Origin: Octopus bimaculoides
Lineage: Eukaryota
Length of the DNA: 64,000 nucleotides
NCBI RefSeq assembly: GCF_001194135.2
Contig: NC_068991.1
Span: 6,619,561 to 6,683,560 of the forward strand
Direction: 5' to 3'
The number at the start of each line of letters is the position of its first letter. The stretch's first letter is position 1. The notes under the pieces are model-generated. The model made no database searches. It was not told where the DNA came from and worked only from the letters and a program-made list of their open reading frames with translations. Below, one piece after another: positions 60,648 through 64,000 of this stretch. Position numbers and translations under genes: made by a program.

Positions 60648-63246
60648 ATCTTCAGAGATTTAGAAAATATTTTGTAGGAGGAAGTAGTTAAAATTATTAC
60701 TTTCTAAGAAAAAGTTCTATTTATACTATGAGGAGACTTAAGCCTATTGTTTTATTGGCTACCAATGGCTGATTCCATCGATGCCTCTTATTTTATTATG
60801 CCCTAAAAGCAAAGATGAAAAGGGTCTGACATGATTTATTGAGCATAGAAAACTGAAGAGGTCAAATGACAAAGAAAAAAGGTCTAAATAGTTATATTTT
60901 CATGCTTATTTAATACTAAAGGCACTATTTATCAAGTTGTTAACCATTCAACTTGATCTGAAATAACAAATTAATCACCTTTAATTTTCAGCAAGTAACA
61001 TAATATAATAGGAAAGTTATGCAGTCAATTTTGTCACTTATCAAAACAGAAGATCAAAATATTTTAATATATTACAATATGAAGAATGAAAGATGTAAGT
61101 ATTGAAAAAAATAAAGATTGAATATTTTTTCTATCACATATATATATCTTATTTCACATGTGTTTGATAAATCTGCAAATATGAATTAACACAGCTGGGT
61201 AGTGACTTGTCCCCAGTTACATCTTACAATTTGGGAGATATAATTAGTGTGTATATTACATACACACACACACACACAGTTACTGTGAAAAGCAGTAAAT
61301 GAGGAACTCGAATGATTGTATTCAATTTTAAATAAAAGATTTTAGGTAAATGAAAAACTGTTGCAACTGTTGATTATTTCACCCTATCTCTCTCATTCGT
61401 ATATTCACAGAGACATACAGATGTTTTTGAAATTGAAACCACTTCAAAAGTTACTCAATGGGCTTGGGTAGTGTATATAACATTTTACAAACTCATCCTT
61501 TGAAGTATTTTCAATTTCAGACATGCAGTCTCCACAACATAGTGAGGAGTACAATATACACACACACAAATCAGCATAATTGGCATCATTCAACAAAGTC
61601 CCAGATGACAATTTCATTTATAAATTCAGAAAATTCTTTTCTTTTTAAGACATGATAGAAGTATTTACATATCTTTTTACAAAATGTATTCAACATAACC
61701 ACTTCTGCTAAATACATTTGACATCAATTATTAACAATACTCCTGTTCTCAAATTCCTAATCCTTTGAACGCTGCCATTCTTGAAACATGTACGCCAAAG
61801 ATGAAAATCTTTCATCAAATGTCAAGACACACATTCATACACTGACTATTTATACGAATGATTTCACCATGATAATACTACTTAAACAGGCAACCTTGAT
61901 TCTAAACCGTTACCAGATCTTTCATTACCACTGTCAACAACTACTTCACCACACCTCTATATAGAAAACACTTGCATTGTACATACAAATAAGGAACCCT
62001 TTTATCTACTGACAAAGAAGTTCTCTGGTCTTTCATGAACTTTAATCAGCTGTCATTGCCCTAACTTGCACAGTCTAGTCCAGTTAATTGCACCAATGTG
62101 TTGGATTCCCTTAAAGTCTGGATACTTCTGTGTTCTTGTTAGGATTAGGCAGTCATAAAGAGGAACAAGTTATCTGTCAATACTTCATTAATTCTTTAAT
62201 ACAGTTTTAGTATATATATAATCTTGCAATAGACTCCTTGAATCGACATTGTTAGCTTAATGAAAATCTTTGACAAAGTTAAGGATTCCTCATAAAATGG
62301 TTTCATCTAAAAGCTTCTTTCTCATATCATTATCATTCTCATCACCATTTAACATCTATTTTTCATGCCTCTCCTAATGCCAACCATTTCACCATGCTGA
62401 GGGTGTTTTTTTTTACATGGTACTGGCACTAGTCAGCTCACCAAGTAACTACTAAGACAAGATCCCCGCAAATGATGGGGTGTAGCACCAAGGGAGATGG
62501 CTTCATGCTAGGTATAGAGAGGTTTAAGTATGAAACAATTGTCTTGCAGCAGAGGAGACATATGGCTACCCCAGTTGGAAAAGAAGAGAAGATGGTGAAA
62601 TCTGTAAAAAGTCTTTTTTAGGCAAACAAACTGAATTATAATAAATTGTCAAAACTAAGCCAGGTTTTCTTTAATGACAAACAGTGACTGAAATTAAGGT
62701 ATTTTCATCATATAGAGACCTTTTTAATTTTATAACAGCTGGCTAAGTTTGACAAAATGCTAATTAGTCAAGAACTACTTGAATGGTTTTCATTAAATCC
62801 AAGTTCTGTAGATCTGAAATAATACCCAAACGCTCTATAAATAAACGTCTCAATTTTCATTATACCTCATTGATTATATTATTATGTATGATGCACTTAA
62901 TCTATAACCCTTCAATAGAGATGACATCAAATATAGACTACTACATTAAATTAACATTCATTATCAGTTGTATATATATTGCACATCATCATATTAGCAT
63001 GTCTTCAAGTAACATTTATCAGCCTGTAGCTTCACCTCATCATTATACTAATTGATATATTCATTTACTTTGGGAACTTATATACAACACTTCCTAATTT
63101 ATTTCCATTCAAACTTCCCAAGTATATGATGTGACAAGCCAATTTTCTAACTGAAGTCACAAACTCCACAATATCTACCCAACTAACTTCTTGTTCTTTT
63201 GGTTTATACATTCTGATGCAATTATCCTTCACAAAATTCATTATAA

Positions 63247-63247
63247 A

Positions 63248-63290
<43 letters not shown>
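63247..63290. repeat. (TAC)n microsatellite
   Basis: Direct inspection. Confidence 0.9.
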
Positions 63291-64000
63291 GTCTAGTTTG
63301 AAACACCTCTAGCAATGTTCCTATCAAATCAATAGAGAAATGTAGGTCATCTTTATACAACAGTTCTTTGACATTAAATCATACTGAAAGGATTTTCAAA
63401 CTACCAGGATGGATATTTGGTAATATATCCACATAAACTTCAAATTATCTTTTATATTTTAATAACACAAATTTTAGAGGACTCAATAGTTCTAAAATGT
63501 TGACCCATACTGAAACCCAAATGACTTTTTGAAAATAAAAAGTTCTCCATTTCTGTTGTATTTCCAAAAACATTCCCATGAGTCAGTCTTATATGCTGTT
63601 TAGATTTATTTTCCACATTCACGTAAACGAGATAGCTTTACTCAGTGCAATTTCTTTTATTGCTGGATGTTAGAGTTTACAAATGAAGGGTAGGATAAGT
63701 CATCAGGTAACCTGAGGGAGGCAGAATAATGAACAGTGATCAAACCAATGGAGTATGCAACTCCTGTGGTTAAATAGTTCAACAATTACCACTACAATCA
63801 CAGTGCATGTGTGTGTCTAATCCACCTTGTTTTGAAACAACTTAGAAGTGTTATAGCTTGCTTGAAATATTGTGAAGTTGTGTAGAAAATCTGTGCATTA
63901 TAGACAGTAGTAAGAATGCAGATACGACATTAAATGTAAAAAATGACAAAGTTGTTGAAATGTCACCTAAGAAATATTTAATTAGTCTTGATATTTAATT

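Overview
AT-rich, intron-rich animal genomic DNA, not prokaryotic. The repeat families resemble octopus/coleoid SINEs; this is an inference from recall, not a database result. One minus-strand gene, conventional beta-spectrin, occupies almost the whole window. I traced 40 coding exons by hand (56484 down to 7837); every visible splice site is GT-AG and intron phases are consistent. They give about 2105 visible codons: two CH domains, 17 spectrin repeats including the ankyrin-binding and tetramerisation sites, and an acidic linker. About 59 codons of exon 31 are lost in a 26-N gap. Two further probable linker exons lie at 5171-5269 and 560-655. The PH domain is not visible and probably lies left of the window; the TSS and 5' UTR exons were not found. 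Introns hold SINEs, RTE-LINE relics, two MITE/foldback elements, microsatellites and four N gaps. The most interesting unexplained signals are: (1) a candidate internal first exon and a candidate alternative terminal exon flanking exon 22, next to a 6.6-kb nearly repeat-free, 3'UTR-like intron, which together could give half-spectrins or a 55-aa microprotein; (2) a cluster of candidate alternative C-terminal exons, one encoding a hydrophobic tail-anchor-like end; (3) a 38-bp perfect palindrome beside exon 35; (4) a (TTAGGG)3 tract replacing the middle of a SINE. All isoform ideas are hypotheses that need RNA data.
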